From: an uncultured Flavobacteriaceae bacterium
GTDB lineage: Bacteria > Bacteroidota > Bacteroidia > Flavobacteriales > Flavobacteriaceae
Assembly (NCBI GenBank): GCA_937136755.1
Contig: CAKZOR010000137.1
Coordinates: forward strand, 5,032-69,031
Length of the DNA stretch: 64,000 bases
Direction: 5' to 3'
A program made the position numbers and the translations under genes. Positions 46,438 to 54,206 of this stretch are shown piece by piece. The notes beneath the pieces are model-generated. The model saw only the letters and a program-made list of their open reading frames with translations. It ran no database searches and was not told the DNA's origin. How positions within the stretch are numbered: the stretch's first letter is position 1; every line of letters starts with the position of its first letter.

Positions 46438-47130
46438 ATGAATAATAAAGACATTAAGATTCTTTTAGTAGACGACGAGCCAGATATTTTGGAGATTGTG
46501 GGCTATAATTTATCTGCAGAAGGATACCAGGTGTACACCGCCAGTAATGGTGTAGAAGGGGTGGCTAAAGCCAAGAAAAAACAGCCCCATTTAATTATCT
46601 TAGATGTAATGATGCCTGAGATGGATGGGATAGAGGCATGTGAGAAAATTAGAGCAACCCCCGGTCTGGAAAATACTATAATTACTTTTTTAACCGCTAG
46701 GGGAGAGGATTATTCTCAGGTGGCTGGTTTTGACGCTGGTGCAGACGATTATATTACCAAGCCCATTAAACCTAAAGTGTTAGTGAGTAAAGTAAAGGCT
46801 TTGCTCAGAAGATTTAATGAAGGAGCGGTACCAACAGAATCGGAAGATATTACTAATGTAGGAGACCTCACTATTAATAGAGAGGAATATAAAATTATTC
46901 ATAAAGGGGTTGAATTAGTTCTGCCAAGAAAAGAGTTTGAGCTTCTGGCCCTGTTAGCTTCAAAACCAAACAAGGTATTTAAAAGAGAAGTTATTTTAGA
47001 TAAGGTTTGGGGTAACGAAGTAGTTGTTGGGGGAAGAACCATTGATGTACATATTAGAAAACTCCGCGAAAAAATTGGAGATAGCAACTTTAAAACTGTT
47101 AAAGGAGTTGGCTATAAGTTTGTACTTTAG
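46438..47130 (+). CDS. phoP: OmpR/PhoB-family response regulator (PhoP-like)
   Basis: LLVDDE, LDVMMPEMDG, ADDYITKP, wHTH KEFELL...RTIDVHIRKLREK...TVKGVGYKF. TACTTTTG promoter at 46407-46414. Confidence 0.85.
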   Translation: MNNKDIKILLVDDEPDILEIVGYNLSAEGYQVYTASNGVEGVAKAKKKQPHLIILDVMMPEMDGIEACEKIRATPGLENTIITFLTARGEDYSQVAGFDAGADDYITKPIKPKVLVSKVKALLRRFNEGAVPTESEDITNVGDLTINREEYKIIHKGVELVLPRKEFELLALLASKPNKVFKREVILDKVWGNEVVVGGRTIDVHIRKLREKIGDSNFKTVKGVGYKFVL

Positions 47131-47136
47131 CAATCT

Positions 47137-48204
47137 ATGGCAATTAAACTAAAGAAATCTTATCGCTTTGCACTGCGGTCCTCTTTGATCATTTCTATTT
47201 TACTCACGCTGTCTTTGGGTTTCCTTCTCCAAGCAGTAAATTCATTAGTGTGGGGTGTTTTAGGGGTTTATTTATTGCTTAGTTTTTTCATTTGTTTTGT
47301 AGTCATTCAGCTCCGAGTTGAGAAGTTTATTTATAGGAGAATTAAAAAGATATATGATGAGGTGTCTCTATTAGAGTCTAAATCTTTAGCAAATATCCCT
47401 GTAACAACTGATATGAAAACGCTTACAGAAGAAATTGAGCGTTTTGCACAAAACAAAAAAGTAGAAATAGACAGCCTTAAAATTACAGAAGAATACAGAA
47501 AGGATTATTTAGGTAATGTATCTCACGAATTAAAAACGCCTCTTTTTACAGTTCAAGGGTACATTTTAACGCTACTAGATGGCGCAATGAATGATAAGAA
47601 TGTCAGAAAGAAATACCTTGAAAGAGCTGCCAAAGGCGTAGATAGACTCATTTACATTATTAAAGACCTGGATTTAATTACCAAATTAGAGGTGGGAGAT
47701 TTAAATTTAGTGCCGGTGACTTTTGATATTGTAGAACTGGTCCAACAAGCTTTTGAAATGTTGGAAATTAGGGCTGCAAAAAAGCATATCACCATGTCAT
47801 TTGACAGGGTGTATAATTCCCCTATATATGTAAAGGCAGACAAGGATAAAATACAGCAGGTTTTAATTAACCTTATGGTAAATGCTATTAAATATGGGCA
47901 TGAAAACGGGACCACTGAAGTATCTATTGAAAATCTGATTAAAAATAAAGTAATTGTTCGTATTACAGATAATGGAGAAGGAATTGAGCAAACAAATATT
48001 CCGAGACTTTTCGAGCGCTTTTTCCGTGTAGACAAAAGTGGGAGCAGGGCAGAAGGAGGCTCAGGTCTGGGTCTCGCTATTGTAAAGCACATTCTAGAAG
48101 CCCATGGAGAAAAGATTTATGTAGAAAGCGTGGTAGATGTTGGTTCAGAGTTTTCTTTTACCTTGGAAAAGACAGAAAACAAGCCACCCATATCTGCGGT
48201 GTAA
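47137..48204 (+). CDS. phoR: sensor histidine kinase (PhoR-like)
   Basis: GNVSHELKTPL, NLMVNAIKY, RLFERFFRVDKSGSR..GGSGLGLAIVKHI; 6 nt downstream of the regulator. Confidence 0.85.
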   Translation: MAIKLKKSYRFALRSSLIISILLTLSLGFLLQAVNSLVWGVLGVYLLLSFFICFVVIQLRVEKFIYRRIKKIYDEVSLLESKSLANIPVTTDMKTLTEEIERFAQNKKVEIDSLKITEEYRKDYLGNVSHELKTPLFTVQGYILTLLDGAMNDKNVRKKYLERAAKGVDRLIYIIKDLDLITKLEVGDLNLVPVTFDIVELVQQAFEMLEIRAAKKHITMSFDRVYNSPIYVKADKDKIQQVLINLMVNAIKYGHENGTTEVSIENLIKNKVIVRITDNGEGIEQTNIPRLFERFFRVDKSGSRAEGGSGLGLAIVKHILEAHGEKIYVESVVDVGSEFSFTLEKTENKPPISAV

Positions 48205-49223
48205 TCAAAATGACTTAGCCCCTTGTAATGGGAGATTTTTTGAAGCATTCCAACGGAAAAATGCTCCTGGTTACAACAGGGGACAATTCCTTTGTCGTCT
48301 AATCGCTCCGCCAAGTATTCTTGCTCATATTGACCAGGTGTAGGAATAAAAAAGGCTTTTTTTTCTAGTTTAGCTAAATCCATAATAGTGGTGTATCCTG
48401 ATCTACACAACACCATTTCACTAGAATTAATGGCACACTCTAAATCTTTAGTGGCCATGTAATTGTGGGTTTCAATATGCTCCTCTTGTAATTTTAGCGC
48501 AGGAACCTTTTCATCTACAATTCCCCTAACCAACATGACGTTTCCTTTAAAATAGTGAAGTTCTTCTAGAATTTTTTCTTCTAAAAGCGTCCTTTGAGGT
48601 TCAGGACCAGAAAGCAGGACCAATAAATCACGTTTGATAGGTAAGTTTAATTTTTCTAGTCTGCTTAGAGGCCCCAAGTATTTTAAGGGAATAGTAATGT
48701 CTTTATTACGCCCTAATTTCCCAGATAAATTTTCATTCCATGGAACATCTGGCACCCAACACTCATTAAATTTCTGAATGATCTTTTGGTGAATTTTTGA
48801 AGATAACTTGGTCGTGTTTCCAGTGAGTACTGTGAGTTGGTGTGTGATAAATACACAGGGCAATTTTTTGTAGTAAACCCCTAGTCTATTGTCGGAAATA
48901 ATGCCTTGAACACCCATTTCTTTGCAAATGGCTTTCACAGCCTTTTTTTCATTTTTTATGGCCTTTATCATTTTGGGAGAGTTCCATATCATCTTGAATT
49001 TAAAGTGCTTCCCATTTTTGGGATAACTTATATGATAAGAAGGCAATTCTCGCCATTGTAAATCTGGAAATTCTACCCTCAATAAATTCAATGCCACACC
49101 GTCAGAAGCAATAATAGGTTCGTAGCCCTGATGTATAAGTGCGTTAATAATTGGAATACAACGGGTGGCATGACCCAATCCCCAATTGAGCGGTGCTATC
49201 AAAATTTTTAAACCATTTTCCAT
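48117..49223 (-). CDS. glycosyltransferase (GT28/MurG-like C-terminal domain)
   Basis: APLNWGLGHATR, ISDNR, LSGPEPQR, CRSGYTTIMD, PTPGQYEQ. The 3' end overlaps phoR by 88 nt. Confidence 0.88.
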   Translation of the reverse strand: MENGLKILIAPLNWGLGHATRCIPIINALIHQGYEPIIASDGVALNLLRVEFPDLQWRELPSYHISYPKNGKHFKFKMIWNSPKMIKAIKNEKKAVKAICKEMGVQGIISDNRLGVYYKKLPCVFITHQLTVLTGNTTKLSSKIHQKIIQKFNECWVPDVPWNENLSGKLGRNKDITIPLKYLGPLSRLEKLNLPIKRDLLVLLSGPEPQRTLLEEKILEELHYFKGNVMLVRGIVDEKVPALKLQEEHIETHNYMATKDLECAINSSEMVLCRSGYTTIMDLAKLEKKAFFIPTPGQYEQEYLAERLDDKGIVPCCNQEHFSVGMLQKISHYKGLSHFDYTADMGGLFSVFSKVKENSEPTSTTLST

Positions 49224-49295
49224 CTTGTAAATGAACAAAAAACAATATCAGCGTATATTTCCTTAGCTTTGCCAAATCTTTAAATAATTACTGCT

Positions 49296-49967
49296 TTGGG
49301 AAGTAAAAACAAGTTAAAAAGGTTCAAGGAAAATGAAACATTCACCAATGTGTTTCAGCCTTCAAGGGAAGAAGTATTAAACAAAACCCTAGGCAAAAAG
49401 GGACAATGGGCCCAATTTTTTGGAAACAACAATCCAATAGTCTTAGAATTAGGCTGTGGTAAGGGAGAGTACACCGTTGGTTTGGCCAAGCGGTATCCCA
49501 ATAAAAATTTCATTGGAATTGACATAAAAGGCGCAAGATTTTGGCGCGGGGCTAAAACCGCTTTAGAGGAAACACTACCTAATGTGGCTTTTATAAGAAC
49601 CCAAATTGAACTCGTAGCGCATTTGTTTTTCTCCCATGAAGTGTCTGAGATTTGGATTACTTTTCCAGATCCTCAAATAAAATACAAGCGTACCAAACAC
49701 CGCTTAACCAACCCTGTTTTTTTGGATAGGTACAAGCAAATTTTAAGCCCTAAAGGATGTATTCACTTAAAAACTGATTCTGAATATATGCATGGCTATA
49801 CCTTAGGTCTATTACAAGGAATGGGACTTCCAATCGCTTATGCCAATCATGATGTCTATAAAAATGAAGGCAGTCCTGAAGAAGTATTGGGTATTCAAAC
49901 TTTCTATGAAAATCAGTATCTTGCCGTAGGAAAGCCCATTACATATTTGCGTTTTAGCTTTTCTTAG
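49296..49967 (+). CDS. trmB: tRNA (guanine-N7)-methyltransferase
   Basis: LELGCGKGEY, IGIDIKGAR, WITFPDP, HLKTDS. TTG start. Confidence 0.96.
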   Translation: MGSKNKLKRFKENETFTNVFQPSREEVLNKTLGKKGQWAQFFGNNNPIVLELGCGKGEYTVGLAKRYPNKNFIGIDIKGARFWRGAKTALEETLPNVAFIRTQIELVAHLFFSHEVSEIWITFPDPQIKYKRTKHRLTNPVFLDRYKQILSPKGCIHLKTDSEYMHGYTLGLLQGMGLPIAYANHDVYKNEGSPEEVLGIQTFYENQYLAVGKPITYLRFSFS

Positions 49968-50019
49968 TATATTAATAGATAGCACTTAGGGCAATGCGCT
50001 AAGCGTTTAAACGTCTTTT

Positions 50020-50658
50020 ATGTCTCATTTGCTAGTGCTTTTTTTTGTTACTTTTTCCGCCGCTTTTATGGCCACAGTACCTCCTGGACTTTTAAATATG
50101 AGCGCCGCTAAAATAAGCGTAGAAAAAGGGCCAAATAACGCGTATATATTTAGTTTAGGGGTAGTAGTTGTTGTGTTAATTCAGGCGTATGTAGCGGTTT
50201 TAATTTCTAAATTTTTATTTAGCCATCCAGAAGTTATTGCCCTTTTAATGAAGACGGCCGTTGGTATTTTTTGTGCTTTTTCAATATACTTTTTTGTGTC
50301 GGCCAGAGGCCAAAAAAAGCCTAAGACAGGTTTTTTAAAAGTAAAGAAACGCAGTAGTTTTTTTAAAGGCATGTTTCTAGCAGCCGTAAATTTATTGAGC
50401 ATACCATATTACAGTGGGCTTAATGCCATGTGGAAAGCCTCCGGATGGATATCATTTACCTTAGAAGACACCCTTGTTTTTATGCTAGCCACAGCTGCGG
50501 GTACTTTTTCTGTATTGTATTTATACACGGTATATTTTAAAAAATTGCAAAAGAAAAACAGGGTTTTTTCTTCCAAAGCAAATTATATATTGGCTGGACT
50601 AATGTTGTTTTTAGCCTCTGTGACTTTATTCAGGATTTACCATGAAACACAGTCCTAA
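50020..50658 (+). CDS. LysE-family transporter
   Basis: PPGLLN motif near the N-terminus, about six TM helices, FFKGMFL..N. Confidence 0.75.
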   Translation: MSHLLVLFFVTFSAAFMATVPPGLLNMSAAKISVEKGPNNAYIFSLGVVVVVLIQAYVAVLISKFLFSHPEVIALLMKTAVGIFCAFSIYFFVSARGQKKPKTGFLKVKKRSSFFKGMFLAAVNLLSIPYYSGLNAMWKASGWISFTLEDTLVFMLATAAGTFSVLYLYTVYFKKLQKKNRVFSSKANYILAGLMLFLASVTLFRIYHETQS

Positions 50659-50989
50659 GACCCTATCATTTTTTGACAAAGTTTACGCTGTAGTGCGACT
50701 CATTCCCTACGGCAGAGTGACCTCTTATGGCGCTATAGCTGCCTATTTAGGGAGTAGGGGTTCTGCTAGAATTGTCGGTTGGGCCATGAATGCTTCTCAC
50801 GGAGATATGAGTATTCCCGCGCACAGGGTAGTGAATAGAAACGGCCTTCTTACAGGCAAACACCATTTTGGCGGAACCAATCTTATGCAGCAACTTTTAG
50901 AGAGTGAAGGGGTGCAGATTAAAGAGCATGCTATAGTGGGCTTAGAAAGCTATTTTTGGGACCCAAATTTGGCTTTAAAATCTGAGTGA
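50642..50989 (+). CDS. MGMT-family alkyltransferase-like (ATL) protein
   Basis: IPYGRVTSYGAIA, ARIVGWAM, IPAHRVVN (Ala at the catalytic Cys position). Confidence 0.88.
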   Translation: MKHSPKTLSFFDKVYAVVRLIPYGRVTSYGAIAAYLGSRGSARIVGWAMNASHGDMSIPAHRVVNRNGLLTGKHHFGGTNLMQQLLESEGVQIKEHAIVGLESYFWDPNLALKSE

Positions 50990-51006
50990 TAAGCTGTATC
51001 TTTGTA

Positions 51007-51025
51007 ATTTAGAATCAGTTTAATT
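51007..51025 (+). promoter_or_regulatory. putative iron-responsive (Fur-like) operator just downstream of the mrp promoter
   Basis: Imperfect palindrome ATTTAGAATCAGTTTAATT starting 2 nt after TATCTTTG (50997-51004). Confidence 0.5.
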
Positions 51026-51073
51026 AGGGGAATTCCCCAACAAAATAGGCCTTAGGTCACAAGCAAGCGTAGT

Positions 51074-52216
51074 ATGCAAATAAAAAAGGCAGCCGTATTA
51101 GAGGCATTATCTAAAATATCTGCACCTGGTGAGGGTGTTAACCTTGTTGAGAGTGGTGCAGTCACTAATGTCCAGGTTTTTGGCGATGAGGTAACAGTAG
51201 ATATTAGTATTGCTAATCCAAGTTTACAAGCGCGTAAAAAGACGGAGGTTGAGGTGCTTAAAATTATTCATTCTGAGGTATATGAAAAGGCTAAAATAAC
51301 AGTGAATGTTAAGGTAGTAACTCCGCCAAAAGCCGCATCTAATGAAATTAAAGGCAAACCCATACCAGGCATCCAAAATATTGTGGCAATTGCTTCAGGA
51401 AAAGGGGGTGTTGGAAAATCTACTGTAACAGCAAATATGGCTGTGACCCTTGCTAAGATGGGTTTTAAAGTAGGTGTTTTAGACGCAGATATTTACGGCC
51501 CATCTATTCCTTTGATGTTTGACGTTTCTTCTGAGAAACCACTTGCAGTTAATATAGCCGGGAAATCTAAGATGAAACCTGTAGAAAATTATGGCGTTAA
51601 AGTACTTTCTATAGGCTTTTTTACCCAGCCCAATCAGGCAGTAATTTGGCGCGGTCCTATGGCGGCTAAAGCATTGAATCAAATGATTTTTGACGCCCAT
51701 TGGGGCGAATTGGATTTCTTATTATTAGACCTTCCACCGGGCACTGGAGATATTCACCTCAGTATTATGCAATCCTTACCGGTAACTGGTGCTGTTGTAG
51801 TGAGTACGCCTCAAGAGGTGGCCTTGGCCGATGCCAGAAAAGGCGTTGCTATGTTTATGCAAGAAGCCATAAATGTACCTGTATTAGGGGTGGTAGAAAA
51901 TATGGCTTATTTTACGCCAGAAGAATTACCGGAAAATAAGTACTATATATTTGGAAAAGAAGGGGCTCAAAATTTAGCCTCAGACTTAAAAATTCCATTT
52001 TTGGGAGAAGTGCCTTTAGTACAAAGCATCAGAGAAGCCGGAGATGTTGGGCGCCCTGCCGCACTTCAGGAAGAAGGCCTTTTAAAAGAGTCCTTTGAGG
52101 AGATTACTAGAAATGTTGTGAGGGAATTAGTGGTTAGACAGACCGATTTACCGCCCACCGAAGCTATTAAAATAACGACCATGGCGGGCTGTTCTGCAGT
52201 AAAGCCAAAGAAATAA
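51074..52216 (+). CDS. mrp: Mrp/NBP35 (ApbC) Fe-S carrier ATPase
   Basis: ASGKGGVGKST, DADIYGPS, WRGPM, DLPPGTGD, VSTPQ, GVVENM. Confidence 0.95.
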   Translation: MQIKKAAVLEALSKISAPGEGVNLVESGAVTNVQVFGDEVTVDISIANPSLQARKKTEVEVLKIIHSEVYEKAKITVNVKVVTPPKAASNEIKGKPIPGIQNIVAIASGKGGVGKSTVTANMAVTLAKMGFKVGVLDADIYGPSIPLMFDVSSEKPLAVNIAGKSKMKPVENYGVKVLSIGFFTQPNQAVIWRGPMAAKALNQMIFDAHWGELDFLLLDLPPGTGDIHLSIMQSLPVTGAVVVSTPQEVALADARKGVAMFMQEAINVPVLGVVENMAYFTPEELPENKYYIFGKEGAQNLASDLKIPFLGEVPLVQSIREAGDVGRPAALQEEGLLKESFEEITRNVVRELVVRQTDLPPTEAIKITTMAGCSAVKPKK

Positions 52217-52263
52217 AATATTTTCCCTATTTAAAGGGAAAATAGACACCTAAATTTTAGTCA

Positions 52264-52503
52264 ATGACAGCAGATGTATTGTTACAACAAGTAGAGAAAG
52301 CCCTAGAAGAGATTAGGCCTTTTTTACAATCAGATGGAGGAGACATTGCCTTAGAAGGTATAGAGGGTAATACGGTTAAAGTACGTTTAATGGGTGCGTG
52401 TGTGGGCTGTTCAGTCAATCAAATGACCTTAAAAAGCGGGGTAGAGCTCACCATTAAAAAGTACGCTCCACAGATTGAACAAGTGATTAATCTCGAAGAC
52501 TAA
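52264..52503 (+). CDS. NifU C-terminal domain (Nfu) protein
   Basis: IRPFLQSDGGDI, GACVGC. Confidence 0.93.
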   Translation: MTADVLLQQVEKALEEIRPFLQSDGGDIALEGIEGNTVKVRLMGACVGCSVNQMTLKSGVELTIKKYAPQIEQVINLED

Positions 52504-52654
52504 GTATTTATTAGAAGTACCATTGTCATGAGATTTATTCTACCTAACAATTTGCTGATAAATGTCATGAGTGATTACTCCATCAAAGACTATTTTTGAA
52601 ATTGAATATTTTAACATGTAATACTGCATTTTGCAGTGCGTTTTTACAATTGCT

Positions 52655-53713
52655 ATGATAAAGACAGACATACTCATCATTGGCGCGGGACCTACAGGAC
52701 TTTTTGCGGTATTTGAAGCGGGATTATTACAACTTAAGTGCCATATAATAGACGCCCTTCCAATGCCAGGTGGCCAACTTTCAGAATTGTACCCTAAAAA
52801 GCCTATTTATGATATTCCAGGCTTCCCTGAAGTGCTGGCCGGAGACTTGGTGAACAATCTCATGGAGCAAATAAAACCGTTTTCTCCAGGTTTTACCCTT
52901 GGGGAACGGGCAGAGAAGATTGAAAAACAGTCAGATGGCAGTTTTATTGTCACTACAGATAAAGGGACAGCGCACCACACTAAAGTAGTCGCCATTGCGG
53001 GAGGATTGGGGAGTTTTGAGCCCAAAAAGCCACCCATTGAGGGAATTGAATCTTGGGAAGACAAAGGGGTCTCTTATATGATTAAAGACCCTGAGATCTA
53101 TAGAAATAAAAAAGTGCTTATTGCAGGCGGTGGAGATTCAGCATTAGATTGGACTATCTTTTTGGCAGACGTGGCCAGCGAGGTTACTTTGGTACATAGA
53201 AGGTCAGAATTTAGAGGCGCTTTAGACTCAGTAGAGAAAGTGCAGGGCCTTAAAAATTCAGCTAAGATAAATTTAATTACTCCAGCAGAAGTAATTGGTT
53301 TAGCTGGAGACACCCAATTAAATAAAGCATTTATTCAAAAAGTAGGAGAAGAAGCCCCTATTGAATTAAGTGTAGACGCCTTTATTCCTCTCTTTGGTTT
53401 ATCTCCTAAGTTAGGACCTATTGGCGCTTGGGGACTCGAAATTGAAAAAAATGCGATAGTGGTAGACAATACCTTGGATTATATGACTAATATTCCCGGC
53501 GTTTACGCCATTGGAGATGTCAATACATATCCGGGAAAATTAAAATTAATTCTCTGTGGTTTTCATGAAGCTACGCTCATGTGTCAGAGTGCCTACAGTC
53601 GTATATTTCCTGATAAAAGGTATGTCATGAAATACACCACTGTTGGAGGTGTCACTGGATTTGACGGAACTAAAAAAGAAGCCCCTAAGGCTGTTGTAAA
53701 AAAAATAGAGTAA
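52655..53713 (+). CDS. ferredoxin--NADP+ reductase (thioredoxin reductase-like)
   Basis: IIGAGPTG, GGQLSELYPKKPIYDIPG, GGGDSALDW, HRR, YPGKLKLILCGFHEA; no CxxC. Start moved to ATG 52655. Confidence 0.9.
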   Translation: MIKTDILIIGAGPTGLFAVFEAGLLQLKCHIIDALPMPGGQLSELYPKKPIYDIPGFPEVLAGDLVNNLMEQIKPFSPGFTLGERAEKIEKQSDGSFIVTTDKGTAHHTKVVAIAGGLGSFEPKKPPIEGIESWEDKGVSYMIKDPEIYRNKKVLIAGGGDSALDWTIFLADVASEVTLVHRRSEFRGALDSVEKVQGLKNSAKINLITPAEVIGLAGDTQLNKAFIQKVGEEAPIELSVDAFIPLFGLSPKLGPIGAWGLEIEKNAIVVDNTLDYMTNIPGVYAIGDVNTYPGKLKLILCGFHEATLMCQSAYSRIFPDKRYVMKYTTVGGVTGFDGTKKEAPKAVVKKIE

Positions 53714-53715
53714 GT

Positions 53716-54048
53716 ATGGCACAAGATATTGAAGTGACCATTGTAGATAGGGCAGGACATTCCCACACAGTGACGGCTCCTACAGATATGAATATGAATC
53801 TTATGGAATTAGTGCGCTCCTATGAGTTGGCTCCAGAGGGAACTATTGGAATTTGTGGAGGAATGGCCATGTGTGCTTCTTGTCAGTGTTATATAAACTC
53901 TCCACATGATTTGAATCCAATGTCTGAGGAAGAGGAAGCCATGTTGTCTGAGGCTTTTCACGTACAAGACAACAGCCGCTTGGGATGCCAACTTCCTATT
54001 ACTGCTGCAATGGAAGGATTGGAAGTTACGCTAGCTCCGGAAGAGTAA
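53716..54048 (+). CDS. adrenodoxin-type 2Fe-2S ferredoxin
   Basis: CGGMAMCASC...SRLGCQ. Confidence 0.93.
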   Translation: MAQDIEVTIVDRAGHSHTVTAPTDMNMNLMELVRSYELAPEGTIGICGGMAMCASCQCYINSPHDLNPMSEEEEAMLSEAFHVQDNSRLGCQLPITAAMEGLEVTLAPEE

Positions 54049-54093
54049 TGAGGACTCTTTAAGCAATAAGAATTTACGATTAGTTTGGTCCAC

Positions 54094-54161
54094 GCTTAAT
54101 GGAGCAATAGCTGGTATTAGCTAAAGGTGTATTAGTTCCTCTAAGCTTAATGGAGCAATAG
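54094..54161. repeat. perfect 17-bp direct repeat GCTTAATGGAGCAATAG, two copies with a 34-bp spacer
   Basis: Copies at 54094-54110 and 54145-54161 in a convergent intergenic region. Confidence 0.9.
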
Positions 54162-54206
54162 TTCGTGCTTTTTTCAGAGAGGAACAATTAACGCAACATT
54201 GGTGCG

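Noticed and set aside
50642..50989. Inactivated methyltransferase pseudogene (PAHR instead of PCHR)
   Set aside because: Replacement of the Cys defines the known alkyltransferase-like family, and the ORF is intact.
1993..52654. Longer N-termini in the ORF track for HU, 5597-6130, 18066-18602, 35383, 38809, 49238 and 52631
   Set aside because: The extensions run into promoters, terminators or neighbouring genes; downstream ATGs fit family N-termini better.
54094..54161. Mini-CRISPR interpretation of the 17-bp repeat with a 34-bp spacer
   Set aside because: Only two copies, repeat shorter than typical CRISPR repeats, and no cas genes or leader in the window. Kept only as an unexplained repeat.
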